DNA of 64,000 nt from Candidatus Multivoradales bacterium (GTDB taxonomy: Bacteria > Acidobacteriota > Thermoanaerobaculia > Multivoradales > JAHEKO01), in the NCBI GenBank assembly GCA_965212505.1, contig OZ243123.1:1617903-1681902 (forward strand), read 5' to 3'. The first letter of the stretch is position 1, and each line of letters opens with the position of its first letter. The notes under the pieces are model-generated. The model did no database searches. It saw only the letters and a program-made list of their open reading frames with translations, and had not been told where the DNA came from. The translations under genes were made by a program, and so were the position numbers. Shown piece after piece: positions 1-8,036 of this stretch.

Positions 1-1
1 C

Positions 2-1141
2 AAGGTGCTCGGCGACGAGAACCTCCTGACCTGGGGCGTCGAGGCGTACGAGGACGATTCCTTCAATACCGACTCCTCGGTCACTACGACGCGCCTGCGG
101 TTCCCCGGACCGCCGTTCGAAGTGCCGGTCGTCACCACCGACAGCATCGCCAACGCACCGAACGCGACCAACCAGAGCTGGAGCGTTTTCGCCCAGGACG
201 AGGTGCGTCTGAGCGACCGCATGAGCGTCACGGTGGGACTTCGCTACCAGGAGATCAAGACCAACGCGGAGCCGACGCCGGGCATCGACACCAGCGGACT
301 CGATTTCGACGACAGCAACTTGGTCGGCGCCGTGAACGTGGTCTACAGCGTGACCGACAATCTGAACGTGGTCGGCTCTTTCGGCACCGCGTTCCGGTCG
401 CCGAATCTCGTCGAGCGCCTCTTCAACGGGCCGACGCCCGAGGGGATCGGCTTCCAGCTCCTCAACGCAGACCTCGCTTCGGAGGAGAGCGAGAACATCG
501 ACATCGGTCTCAAGTACCGCCGACAGAATGCGGTGTTCGAGCTCATCTACTTCCGCAACGACATCTCAGACGGCATCGTGCAGTACTTCCTGTCGCCGGC
601 CGAGGTGGCGCAGCTGCCGCAGGAGCTTCAGGAGCGCATCGCGATCTCGGGCGTGTCGTTTGTGGTGCAGCAGCGCAACGCCAACAACCTCCGGTTCGAG
701 GGCGTCGAAGCGATCTTCGGCTACCGCACGCGAAGCGGACTCTCGTTGGGCGGCAACCTGACGCATCTGGATGCCGAATCGGACGACAGCTTGAACCCTC
801 CGACGGGCGACACCTACGAAGACAAGTACGTCGTGTGGGCTCGGTACGAACCTCGCCAGGGGCGCTATTGGGCCGAGTACCGCGTGCGCCACAACGGTTC
901 CGGATCGCTCAACCTGCAGCCCAACGAGCCGGCGCCGGTCATCGGCCGCGAGCTGCCGTCGTTCACCCTACACTCGTTGAGCGGCGGCGTCGCCCTGTTC
1001 GAGGGGCAGTCGGCCTCGCACCACATCGGAGTGACGCTCGAGAACCTCACCGACGAGCTCTACAGTGAGTTCTCGAACGCGAGCTTCTTCCGACCACAGC
1101 CGGGTCGCACCGCGCTCGTCAGCTACCGCGTCCGGATGTAG
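2..1141 (+). CDS. TonB-dependent outer membrane receptor, C-terminal part (5' truncated by window edge)
   Basis: Amphipathic beta-strands, AFRSPNLVERL and ENLTDELY...QPGRT TonB-receptor C-terminal motifs; frame open from window start. Confidence 0.9.
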   Translation, partial: KVLGDENLLTWGVEAYEDDSFNTDSSVTTTRLRFPGPPFEVPVVTTDSIANAPNATNQSWSVFAQDEVRLSDRMSVTVGLRYQEIKTNAEPTPGIDTSGLDFDDSNLVGAVNVVYSVTDNLNVVGSFGTAFRSPNLVERLFNGPTPEGIGFQLLNADLASEESENIDIGLKYRRQNAVFELIYFRNDISDGIVQYFLSPAEVAQLPQELQERIAISGVSFVVQQRNANNLRFEGVEAIFGYRTRSGLSLGGNLTHLDAESDDSLNPPTGDTYEDKYVVWARYEPRQGRYWAEYRVRHNGSGSLNLQPNEPAPVIGRELPSFTLHSLSGGVALFEGQSASHHIGVTLENLTDELYSEFSNASFFRPQPGRTALVSYRVRM

Positions 1142-1144
1142 CGA

Positions 1145-2455
1145 TCAGGAGGTTGGCACGGGCTGCGCCGCTTTCAACGGTACCGGGCAGTCCGTGCCAC
1201 CGACGAGCTCGGCGAGCGCCTCGCACGCGTTGACCCCTTCGAGGCCGCTCGCCGCCCGGCCGGCCGAAGCGCCGAGCAGCCGTCGAACCGCGTCGGGGGT
1301 GAGCCGGGGCTGCTGCTCGAGAAGGAGCGCGGCCACGCCGGAGACGTGCGCGGCGGCCAAGGAGCTGCCCGACATGAAGTCGTAGGAGCCGTGCGGTCGG
1401 ATGGTGAGGACGTCCTCGCCAGGGGCTGCGAGCGAGGTCGAAGCGGTGAGAGTCGACTCGCCGGACTCACCGGTCGCCCGGACACCGATCACCCGGTCGA
1501 GGGACGCCGGGAACCCTGTGCCGTCGACGGCGAGGGCGCTGACGACGACCACCCCTCGGTCGATCGCCCGCGATATGAGCTGAGCGAGGAGCGGGTCGCG
1601 CGGGCCGGTCAGGCTGAGATTCAAGATGTCGGCGCGTTTGCCAACCGCGAAGCTGATCGCCTTGGCCAGGGTGAACGTGGAGCAGACCGCGCCGGTTTCA
1701 CCACCGTCACGCTCCCAGCAGGCCTTGAGCGCCAGGAGGCGGACCGACGGCGCGACGCCGACGATGCCGATCCCGTTGCCGGCGCGCGACGCGATCACGC
1801 CGGCGACCGCGGTGCCGTGCAGATCGCCCGTGAATCCGAGTGCGTCCTGGTCGACGAAGTTCTCGGCGGCGAGAATGCTGCCGGCGAGCTCGGGGTGATC
1901 CACATCCACTCCCGTGTCGACGACCGCGACCCTCACACCGTCTCCTACGCTCCATTGATGAGCCGCGGCAATCTGCATCTCGTGCAGGCCGTGCTGGAGA
2001 GGAAAATGGGGATCGTCATAGCTCGCGCGCCCGAGCACTTCGAAGAGTCGCATCGCCTGTGCGCTGGCGACACGCCGGTCGCTGGTCAGCCTTGCGAGTA
2101 GCTCCTCGAGAGGTACCGCGTCGGGAACCTGATAGACGACGCAGTGGACGTCGAGCAGCTCGATCGGCCAGCCGTCGACATGTTCCAGGCCGTACTCCCG
2201 AGCGAGCTTCCTCGCCAGCCGCGAGGAGCGCGGAGATGTTTCGTAGCTCTGTCGTCCGGAGCTGTACCCGCGAGGCGTCGACCCAGCACCGGGGAGCCGT
2301 CGGCTCGGGCGTTGGTCGAAGGTGACCAAGATCTGCCGGCTGGACACCGTCTCCGAGGCAACCGGCGTCGCAGAGCTCTCGATGCCGCCAAGCGCCGGAT
2401 CCGTCCACAGGAGAGTCAACGCGACGAGCGTCTGGCATCCTGTGCGCCACCTCAC
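1145..2455 (-). CDS. S8 (subtilisin-like) serine peptidase with signal peptide and prodomain
   Basis: Triad motifs VAVVDTG, HGTAVAG, GSSLAAAHVSG; GTG start at 2455 overlaps upstream stop (GTGA). Confidence 0.9.
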   Translation of the reverse strand: MRWRTGCQTLVALTLLWTDPALGGIESSATPVASETVSSRQILVTFDQRPSRRLPGAGSTPRGYSSGRQSYETSPRSSRLARKLAREYGLEHVDGWPIELLDVHCVVYQVPDAVPLEELLARLTSDRRVASAQAMRLFEVLGRASYDDPHFPLQHGLHEMQIAAAHQWSVGDGVRVAVVDTGVDVDHPELAGSILAAENFVDQDALGFTGDLHGTAVAGVIASRAGNGIGIVGVAPSVRLLALKACWERDGGETGAVCSTFTLAKAISFAVGKRADILNLSLTGPRDPLLAQLISRAIDRGVVVVSALAVDGTGFPASLDRVIGVRATGESGESTLTASTSLAAPGEDVLTIRPHGSYDFMSGSSLAAAHVSGVAALLLEQQPRLTPDAVRRLLGASAGRAASGLEGVNACEALAELVGGTDCPVPLKAAQPVPTS

Positions 2456-3123
2456 GGTTTGACCTCCGCCTTGCCGCGAAGAGGCTCTGGAGCGCCGGGG
2501 ATAGGTTCCGCAAAGCTCACCCTCGGGTCTTGGCGGAGCTCCTCCACGATCTCGTCGAGCCGGTCGCTCGCGGTGTGCGCCGTCAGGACGCCGTAGGCCG
2601 AGGGGCCGCCCACCAGCTCGAGATCGAGCCGGTGGAGAAGCTCCTGAAGCTCTCCGACGCTCGTGGACTCGTCGAAGACGAGCCGAATGACACTCTGCTC
2701 GGACACCGGAGGCTCGTTCGGCGCCGAGAGGGTCCGGAAGTTGGGCGCCGAGAGTCCGAGCCAGAGCCAGGCGACCAAGAAGAGGGTCGCACACGCGGCG
2801 GTCGGCAGCACCCACTCTCCGGACAGTTTCGTTCGGACGACTCGGGCGATATCGCCCCAGCCGAGCTCGGCCTCGAGAGCGTCGATTCGCTGGGCCAGAG
2901 ACGAGAACGAGCGCTCGGGGTTGAGGAAGAGGGATTCCTCCGCCTCCATTCCGTCGGCGAGCCCTTTGAGGAAGGTGAGCTCGCGGGCGCACTCCGCGCA
3001 CACCGCGGCGTGGGCGTTGATACGAGCCCGCTGCTCGTCGTCGAGTGTCGAGTTGGCGTACCAGGGGAGGAGTTCGGCGAGTTCGGCGTGCTCGTCGCCG
3101 ACACGTGTCTGTGCAGAGCTCAT
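2452..3123 (-). CDS. Zinc-binding (zf-HC2) anti-sigma factor, single TM, extracytoplasmic C-terminal domain
   Basis: ELLPWY..L and HAAVCAEC (HxxxCxxC), one hydrophobic helix, ATGA overlap with the sigma gene. Confidence 0.88.
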   Translation of the reverse strand: MSSAQTRVGDEHAELAELLPWYANSTLDDEQRARINAHAAVCAECARELTFLKGLADGMEAEESLFLNPERSFSSLAQRIDALEAELGWGDIARVVRTKLSGEWVLPTAACATLFLVAWLWLGLSAPNFRTLSAPNEPPVSEQSVIRLVFDESTSVGELQELLHRLDLELVGGPSAYGVLTAHTASDRLDEIVEELRQDPRVSFAEPIPGAPEPLRGKAEVKP

Positions 3124-3740
3124 GACTGGCTCTCCTCGAGTGGCGATCCGCTGATCGGAGCACCCAGGTGGGGTAGCAGGCCGCGCAACTTCTTGCGGGC
3201 GTGGAACATCCTCGTCTTCACGGTATTGACTGGGCAGTCGACAATCTCGGCGATCTCACTGCAGGAGTGGCCGAGGAAGTAGGCGAGTTCGATGACCATG
3301 CGCTGCTGGGCCGGCAGGGAGTCGAGCGCCTTGGCGACCCAGTCACGCAGCAGTCGACGGTCGTCCATCGAGCGGGGTTCTCGCAGGGTTGCCAGCTCGA
3401 GCTCGGTGAACGGCCGCTGCGCGCGTCGGCGACGCGCCTTCGAGCGCGCTTTGAGCCCCTTCCGATAGGCGATGCCGAGGATCCAGGTCGAGACGCGCGA
3501 GCGCCCCTGGAATCCCGACGCCTTCTGCCAGACCACCAACATGACGTCGTTGTAGGTCTCCTCGGCGAGTCCGGCACTGCGTGTGATTCGGTAGAGGAAC
3601 TGCACGACCCGCGGGTGATAGGCGCGGTAGAGCTCCTCGAGAGCCGTTCGGTCCTTGTCCGCCACGCGCTGCAGGAGTACGAGATCTGCGCCTGGCTCAG
3701 AGCCGCGAGCAGGTCGATCGGTCGAGAGGTGACTGGTCAT
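3120..3740 (-). CDS. ECF RNA polymerase sigma factor
   Basis: Region 2 (LAEETYNDVMLVVWQKA..F.GRSRVSTWI) and region 4 (EIAEIVDCPVNTVKTRMFHARKKL); RBS GGAGG before ATG 3740. Confidence 0.93.
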   Translation of the reverse strand: MTSHLSTDRPARGSEPGADLVLLQRVADKDRTALEELYRAYHPRVVQFLYRITRSAGLAEETYNDVMLVVWQKASGFQGRSRVSTWILGIAYRKGLKARSKARRRRAQRPFTELELATLREPRSMDDRRLLRDWVAKALDSLPAQQRMVIELAYFLGHSCSEIAEIVDCPVNTVKTRMFHARKKLRGLLPHLGAPISGSPLEESQS

Positions 3741-3749
3741 CCCTCCCTT

Positions 3750-3778
3750 ATGTACCCAGCTGGAGCCAGAACGGTTCA
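3750..3778 (-). promoter_or_regulatory. Possible ECF autoregulatory promoter (TGAACC-N16-GGTAC)
   Basis: AAC-containing -35-like and GT-containing -10-like boxes directly upstream of the sigma RBS; single copy only. Confidence 0.3.
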
Positions 3779-3787
3779 ATGGACGGG

Positions 3788-4537
3788 TCAGTCGAGGTAG
3801 GCCGAGAGGCTCGCGACCCAGCGCCGTCCGGTCGCCTCGCGGCCGAAGATGGCCTCCGCCTCGGTCGAACTGGCGATGTAGGCCACCTCGATCACGAACT
3901 GTCGAATGCTCAGCGAAGCGCCCAGGTTCCAGTAGTCGTAGGAGCTCCCGACCACGCTGTCGAGGTCGAAGTGCCCGTAGCCGGCGACGCCGTCGATTCG
4001 GTCCGAGAGCGGCTGTCGGCCGCTGATCTCCCAGGCGACCGCTCGCTCGCCGAGATCGAACAGGTCGTTCGACACGTTCGCAGCCAGCCCGACCCGATCG
4101 CGGAACTGGACCGCGAGCGTGAGTTCGTCGTAGTTGTACTCGAACGCCGGGTCGTCGCCGGGGTAGGTGTAGCGGGTGAGCTGCACGGTACCGGCCCACT
4201 GGGCGCCCAGGTCGAGACCGTAGCCAAGGTAGATGTCGAGCTCCAGATCGCGCGGCTCGGAGCGAATGCGATTGCTGGCAAAGTCGACGCTGCTCGCCCA
4301 GACGCCGGCAAAGAAGCCGTTGTCCGCCCGGTACTGAACCCCACCCTGAATCGCCGGGTCCTCGCGGCTCTGTGAACGACCGCGGAAGACGTAGTCGGTT
4401 GTCAGGGTGAGCTGCGCGGTGAACTGATCGGCGCGCAACTCGGCGGTGAGCGGCCGAGCGTTCGGCAGGAGCACAACCACGAGCAGCGCGAGTGCCGAAC
4501 CAAAGCGACGAAGGGGCATGGGCCGGAAGTCTGCCAC
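3788..4537 (-). CDS. TorF-family putative outer membrane porin
   Basis: TTDYVFRGRSQS.EDPAIQGG, GVWASSVDF, ELDIYLGY motifs; signal peptide; start may be 4519. Confidence 0.85.
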   Translation of the reverse strand: MADFRPMPLRRFGSALALLVVVLLPNARPLTAELRADQFTAQLTLTTDYVFRGRSQSREDPAIQGGVQYRADNGFFAGVWASSVDFASNRIRSEPRDLELDIYLGYGLDLGAQWAGTVQLTRYTYPGDDPAFEYNYDELTLAVQFRDRVGLAANVSNDLFDLGERAVAWEISGRQPLSDRIDGVAGYGHFDLDSVVGSSYDYWNLGASLSIRQFVIEVAYIASSTEAEAIFGREATGRRWVASLSAYLD

Positions 4538-4573
4538 ACCCCCCGGGCAGCGCCGCCGGGCCGGCTCGCCGTG

Positions 4574-6454
4574 CTACCAGCGATAGCCGAACGAGATCTC
4601 GGCGATGTCGGCGTCGTAGTCGTCGAAGTCGAAGCCGGTTTCGTCGAAGTCGATCGTCCGGTAGCCGAGGTGGACGAGATAGCTCTCGGCGACGGCGAAC
4701 TCGACCCACCCCCGGTAGTCGTCGCGCTCGATGCCAAAGCTGCCGCTGTTCTCGTAGAGGCGGAAGTCGCCTCCGAAGGCGACCCGGTCGCTGGCGTCGT
4801 AGCGCAGCCGCGCATCGAGGAACTCGGAGTCCGCAGCGAAGTTGATCGGGAAGAACAGCTCGGCACCGCCCCCGAAACCGACCGTGATCGCCGTCTGGTC
4901 GATCTCCCGTTCGACGTCGATGGTGGAGAAGCCGAGTGAGGCCTGGAGCTTGTTGTGGTGGTAGCCGAGGCGCACGTTGAGCTGCTCTGAGCTCGAGTCC
5001 CAGCCCGAGTCGTTGTTCTCGAGGTCGGTCATCGTGTAGGAGCCGAGTACCGAGAAGCCGTTGGACATCTTGTATTGGCCGCGGACCTTGTAGCGCTGGC
5101 GATCGGTCGGTGCGGTGAGCGTGAACGGATCGTCGAAGGAGCTGTCTTCGAGCTCGAAATGCACACGACAGTCCTTGACCGGGACCCAGCCGACGTTGGC
5201 GTAGAACCCCGTCTGGTCGGTTTCGACTCGAGTCGTGTGGTCCTCGCCTGGAATCTCCCAGCGGCTGTCGATATCGCGGGTCTCCTGGCGGATGCCGGCG
5301 GCCGCGGTGACGGTGTTCGAGAGGTGGACCTGGGCGCCAAAGTCGAGGCTGGTCGTGTCGATGTCGAAGTCGCCCGTGCTGGGCCCGCCGTTGAAGGTCA
5401 GGTCGCCCTCTTGGTCCAGGGTCTGCTGGCGGGCGCCGAGGGTGAGCGCCCAACGACTGTTGACGCGGTAGCTGATGTCGAGGTCGAAGAGGTCCATGTC
5501 GCGGTTGACGCCGCCCGCGCCGGAGCCTTCGATGGTGAGCGGCTGGCCGTCGAAGTTCACGCCCTCGCCCTCCTCGCCCACTCTCAGATCGAGGTCCATC
5601 GACTGCAGATCAACCTGTGCCCGCACCAGGAGCTTCGAGTTCGGTCGGGCGACCAGGCGCACAATGTGGTCGTTGCTGGTGAAGTCGTAAGGTTGGTCCA
5701 GGAAGTAGAAGTCGAGGACGGTCGGGTCGAGCGGGTCTTCGCCCAGGGATCGGCCCGGGAGGAACAGATGTATGGAGTTCTCGAAGTCGCGGACGCGCTC
5801 CTCGAGGACCAGGGTCACCTTGTCCCAGGAGTAGGAGAACGAGCCGGCGTAGTCGTTGAGCGATTCGCCGATCGGTCGATCGAACTCGAATTCGTCGCGC
5901 GCGATGTCCAGCGTCGTGGTGCTCTGGCCGCGCCGCGTGTAGCGATTCATGCCGAAGTTGAAGGTGGCGTTGTCGCCCACCCAGACCTTGAAATCTGCCT
6001 TGTCGTGCACCCGATCGAAGTCCCACTGATGGAAGTCGCCGGCGCGTGCGAGAGCCGGGTCGCCGGCCAGGTCGATCGGCAGGATCGTGTCCTTGTAGAA
6101 GTAGTTCGACTTGCGCCGGTCGTAGTTGAAGTCGAACCGACCGTATTTTTCGATCGACAGGCTCATCGATTCGAACGGATCGCCGCCGAAGTTGTTGACA
6201 TCGAGGGTGATCTTGTCGGCGAAGCCGCGCATCTCCTCGACCGGGATGTAGTCGATGTCGAGCCGGAAGAGCCGCGGTCCGTCATCGAGGTCGATGTCCT
6301 CGTCGTACTTGTCCTGAGAGCCGCTGACGTCGACGCTCCGGAAGCCGATCTGGAATCCGCCTTCGAAGGCGCCGTCCTCCTGCGCCCGTAGAGGGGCAGC
6401 GAGGAGGAGCAGGCCGATCAGGGGCAGGGCGTACGTTCTGGTTCCGCGCATCAT
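4574..6454 (-). CDS. MtrB/PioB-like decaheme-associated outer membrane beta-barrel
   Basis: Signal peptide, many amphipathic strands, terminal FGYRW, 12 bp downstream of the decaheme cytochrome gene. Confidence 0.8.
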   Translation of the reverse strand: MMRGTRTYALPLIGLLLLAAPLRAQEDGAFEGGFQIGFRSVDVSGSQDKYDEDIDLDDGPRLFRLDIDYIPVEEMRGFADKITLDVNNFGGDPFESMSLSIEKYGRFDFNYDRRKSNYFYKDTILPIDLAGDPALARAGDFHQWDFDRVHDKADFKVWVGDNATFNFGMNRYTRRGQSTTTLDIARDEFEFDRPIGESLNDYAGSFSYSWDKVTLVLEERVRDFENSIHLFLPGRSLGEDPLDPTVLDFYFLDQPYDFTSNDHIVRLVARPNSKLLVRAQVDLQSMDLDLRVGEEGEGVNFDGQPLTIEGSGAGGVNRDMDLFDLDISYRVNSRWALTLGARQQTLDQEGDLTFNGGPSTGDFDIDTTSLDFGAQVHLSNTVTAAAGIRQETRDIDSRWEIPGEDHTTRVETDQTGFYANVGWVPVKDCRVHFELEDSSFDDPFTLTAPTDRQRYKVRGQYKMSNGFSVLGSYTMTDLENNDSGWDSSSEQLNVRLGYHHNKLQASLGFSTIDVEREIDQTAITVGFGGGAELFFPINFAADSEFLDARLRYDASDRVAFGGDFRLYENSGSFGIERDDYRGWVEFAVAESYLVHLGYRTIDFDETGFDFDDYDADIAEISFGYRW

Positions 6455-6466
6455 GGCTCGCCTCCG

Positions 6467-7405
6467 CTATTTCAGGAAGTAGGGATCGAGGTGTGATCCG
6501 TGAATCGTGGAGTGGCAACTCGTGCACTGGCTCTCGAGCGTGAAGCGTGCGTGGAAGCCGGGGACTGCGGTATGGCAGCTGTAGCAGAGCTCCGCGACGT
6601 TCTGGAAGGTCAACATGTGGCGGTTCGAGGAGCCGTGCGGGGTGTGGCAGGAGGTGCAGGACTCTCCCCGTACGGAACCGTGCTCGAACATGAACGGGCC
6701 GTCCTTGTCGGCGTGACAGCTCACGCACTCCTCCTGCTTGAACCCTCCGAGCATCCAGCGCTGTGTAGGCTCGTGGGGGTTGTGGCAGCTCGTGCACTCC
6801 AGAATGCCCTCCTGAAGACGATGGCGCTCGTTGAACTCGAACTGCGCGAAGACGTCGTTGTGACAGTCGACGCAGCTGTCCGACACGGTTGCGGCCTTCA
6901 GCGTCGAGCCGATCTGGTCGGGAGCGTCGAAGAGAGCCCAGACGTCGCCGTGGATGCCGTGGCAGCTCGTGCAGTCGAGGCCCGCTCTCGAGTGCGACGT
7001 CGCGTCGAAGCGTGGGTGCTCGGCCGCGTGACAGCTCTGGCAGTTTGCGCTGCGGTCGGACGGCAGCACCTCTTCGCCGTACGAGAAGATATTGCCCAGG
7101 CCTCCGCCCTCCTCGAGGTGAGTCGTGGGGTCGCCATGGCAGGCCGTACAGCTCGACGCGGCGCCCGTCTTGGCGGCGAGGCCCGCCGTCTCCAATGCCG
7201 AGTGGGGGTTCAGGAGAAACGTCGCCGCGTGCTCGTCGTGGCAGGACGCACACTCCTCGAACTGCTCGGAACGCACAAGCTGCTCGTTCGGAGCGGACGC
7301 CTCGTCCGAAGCGGGGTCCGACGAGACGTCCGAGGCGCCGAAGGCGAGACAGATGAGCGTCGCGGCGCCGACGACTGAAGGCATCAGCGGGGTCTTCGAT
7401 CTCAT
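6467..7405 (-). CDS. Decaheme c-type cytochrome, DmsE/MtrA/PioA/MtoA family
   Basis: Ten CxxCH motifs counted; GPFMFEH and IHGSH C-terminal signatures; signal peptide. Confidence 0.93.
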   Translation of the reverse strand: MRSKTPLMPSVVGAATLICLAFGASDVSSDPASDEASAPNEQLVRSEQFEECASCHDEHAATFLLNPHSALETAGLAAKTGAASSCTACHGDPTTHLEEGGGLGNIFSYGEEVLPSDRSANCQSCHAAEHPRFDATSHSRAGLDCTSCHGIHGDVWALFDAPDQIGSTLKAATVSDSCVDCHNDVFAQFEFNERHRLQEGILECTSCHNPHEPTQRWMLGGFKQEECVSCHADKDGPFMFEHGSVRGESCTSCHTPHGSSNRHMLTFQNVAELCYSCHTAVPGFHARFTLESQCTSCHSTIHGSHLDPYFLK

Positions 7406-7652
7406 GAACCTTCCTCCCTCATGGTTTCCCCTCCGGAACAGATGGATGGGGCGATCAGTCGCTCTTCCAGTTCAGTCTCGACGAACAGAGCGGCGCCGTC
7501 CACGCTCTAACAGGTGGTAACCATTGACCTTCTTCACCTACCTGGGGAGGGGGTGAGGGCCGCCCCGGTCGGGTCGGGTCGTGCCGCCGTCGGGCCGCTA
7601 GGCTGGTGTCGGTAGAGGGTGAATCGTGAACTCGAGAGGAAGGAGCGCGAAG

Positions 7653-8036
7653 ATGAAACGCAGCCTCTATACGACGGCTCTTCTGGCGGGGCTCGCTCTC
7701 GCCGGCTGGGTGGTGGTGTCCCCGGAGGGCCTGAACGCACAGGCTGACGGCGAGGCGCCGGAAGGGGAAACCCTGTTCGTCGGGACCTTCAAGTGCAACA
7801 TGTGCCACGGGGTGCCCGCGGCGGGAATCGAGGCGAAGACCAAGTCCGAGAAGATGAAAGGGGCGCCGCTAGGTGGCCCGATCGACTCAGACCTCGCAAC
7901 CCTCGCCGCCTACCTCCGCAAAGAGACGGACCGAGACGGGGCGGAGCACAAGAAGAAGTTCACCGGCTCGGACGAGGAACTCCAAGCCATCGTCGACTGG
8001 CTGGCAACCCTCGAGGCGCCGACCGAGACTGATTAG
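7653..8036 (+). CDS. Periplasmic monoheme cytochrome c
   Basis: Signal peptide, GETLF...KCNMCH, SDEELQAIVDWL C-terminal helix; RBS AGGAG. Confidence 0.85.
   Translation: MKRSLYTTALLAGLALAGWVVVSPEGLNAQADGEAPEGETLFVGTFKCNMCHGVPAAGIEAKTKSEKMKGAPLGGPIDSDLATLAAYLRKETDRDGAEHKKKFTGSDEELQAIVDWLATLEAPTETD

Noticed and set aside
3741-5453. Apparent long N-terminal extensions of the ECF sigma (777 aa ORF) and S8 peptidase (672 aa ORF)
   Set aside because: Arg-rich off-frame read of upstream genes; internal starts at 3740 (RBS) and 2455 (GTGA coupling) fit better
7517-7538. TGGTAACCA palindrome and FNR-like TTGAC-N4-TTCAC between the divergent cytochrome genes
   Set aside because: Several mismatches to TTGAT-N4-ATCAA and no second copy seen; too weak to call
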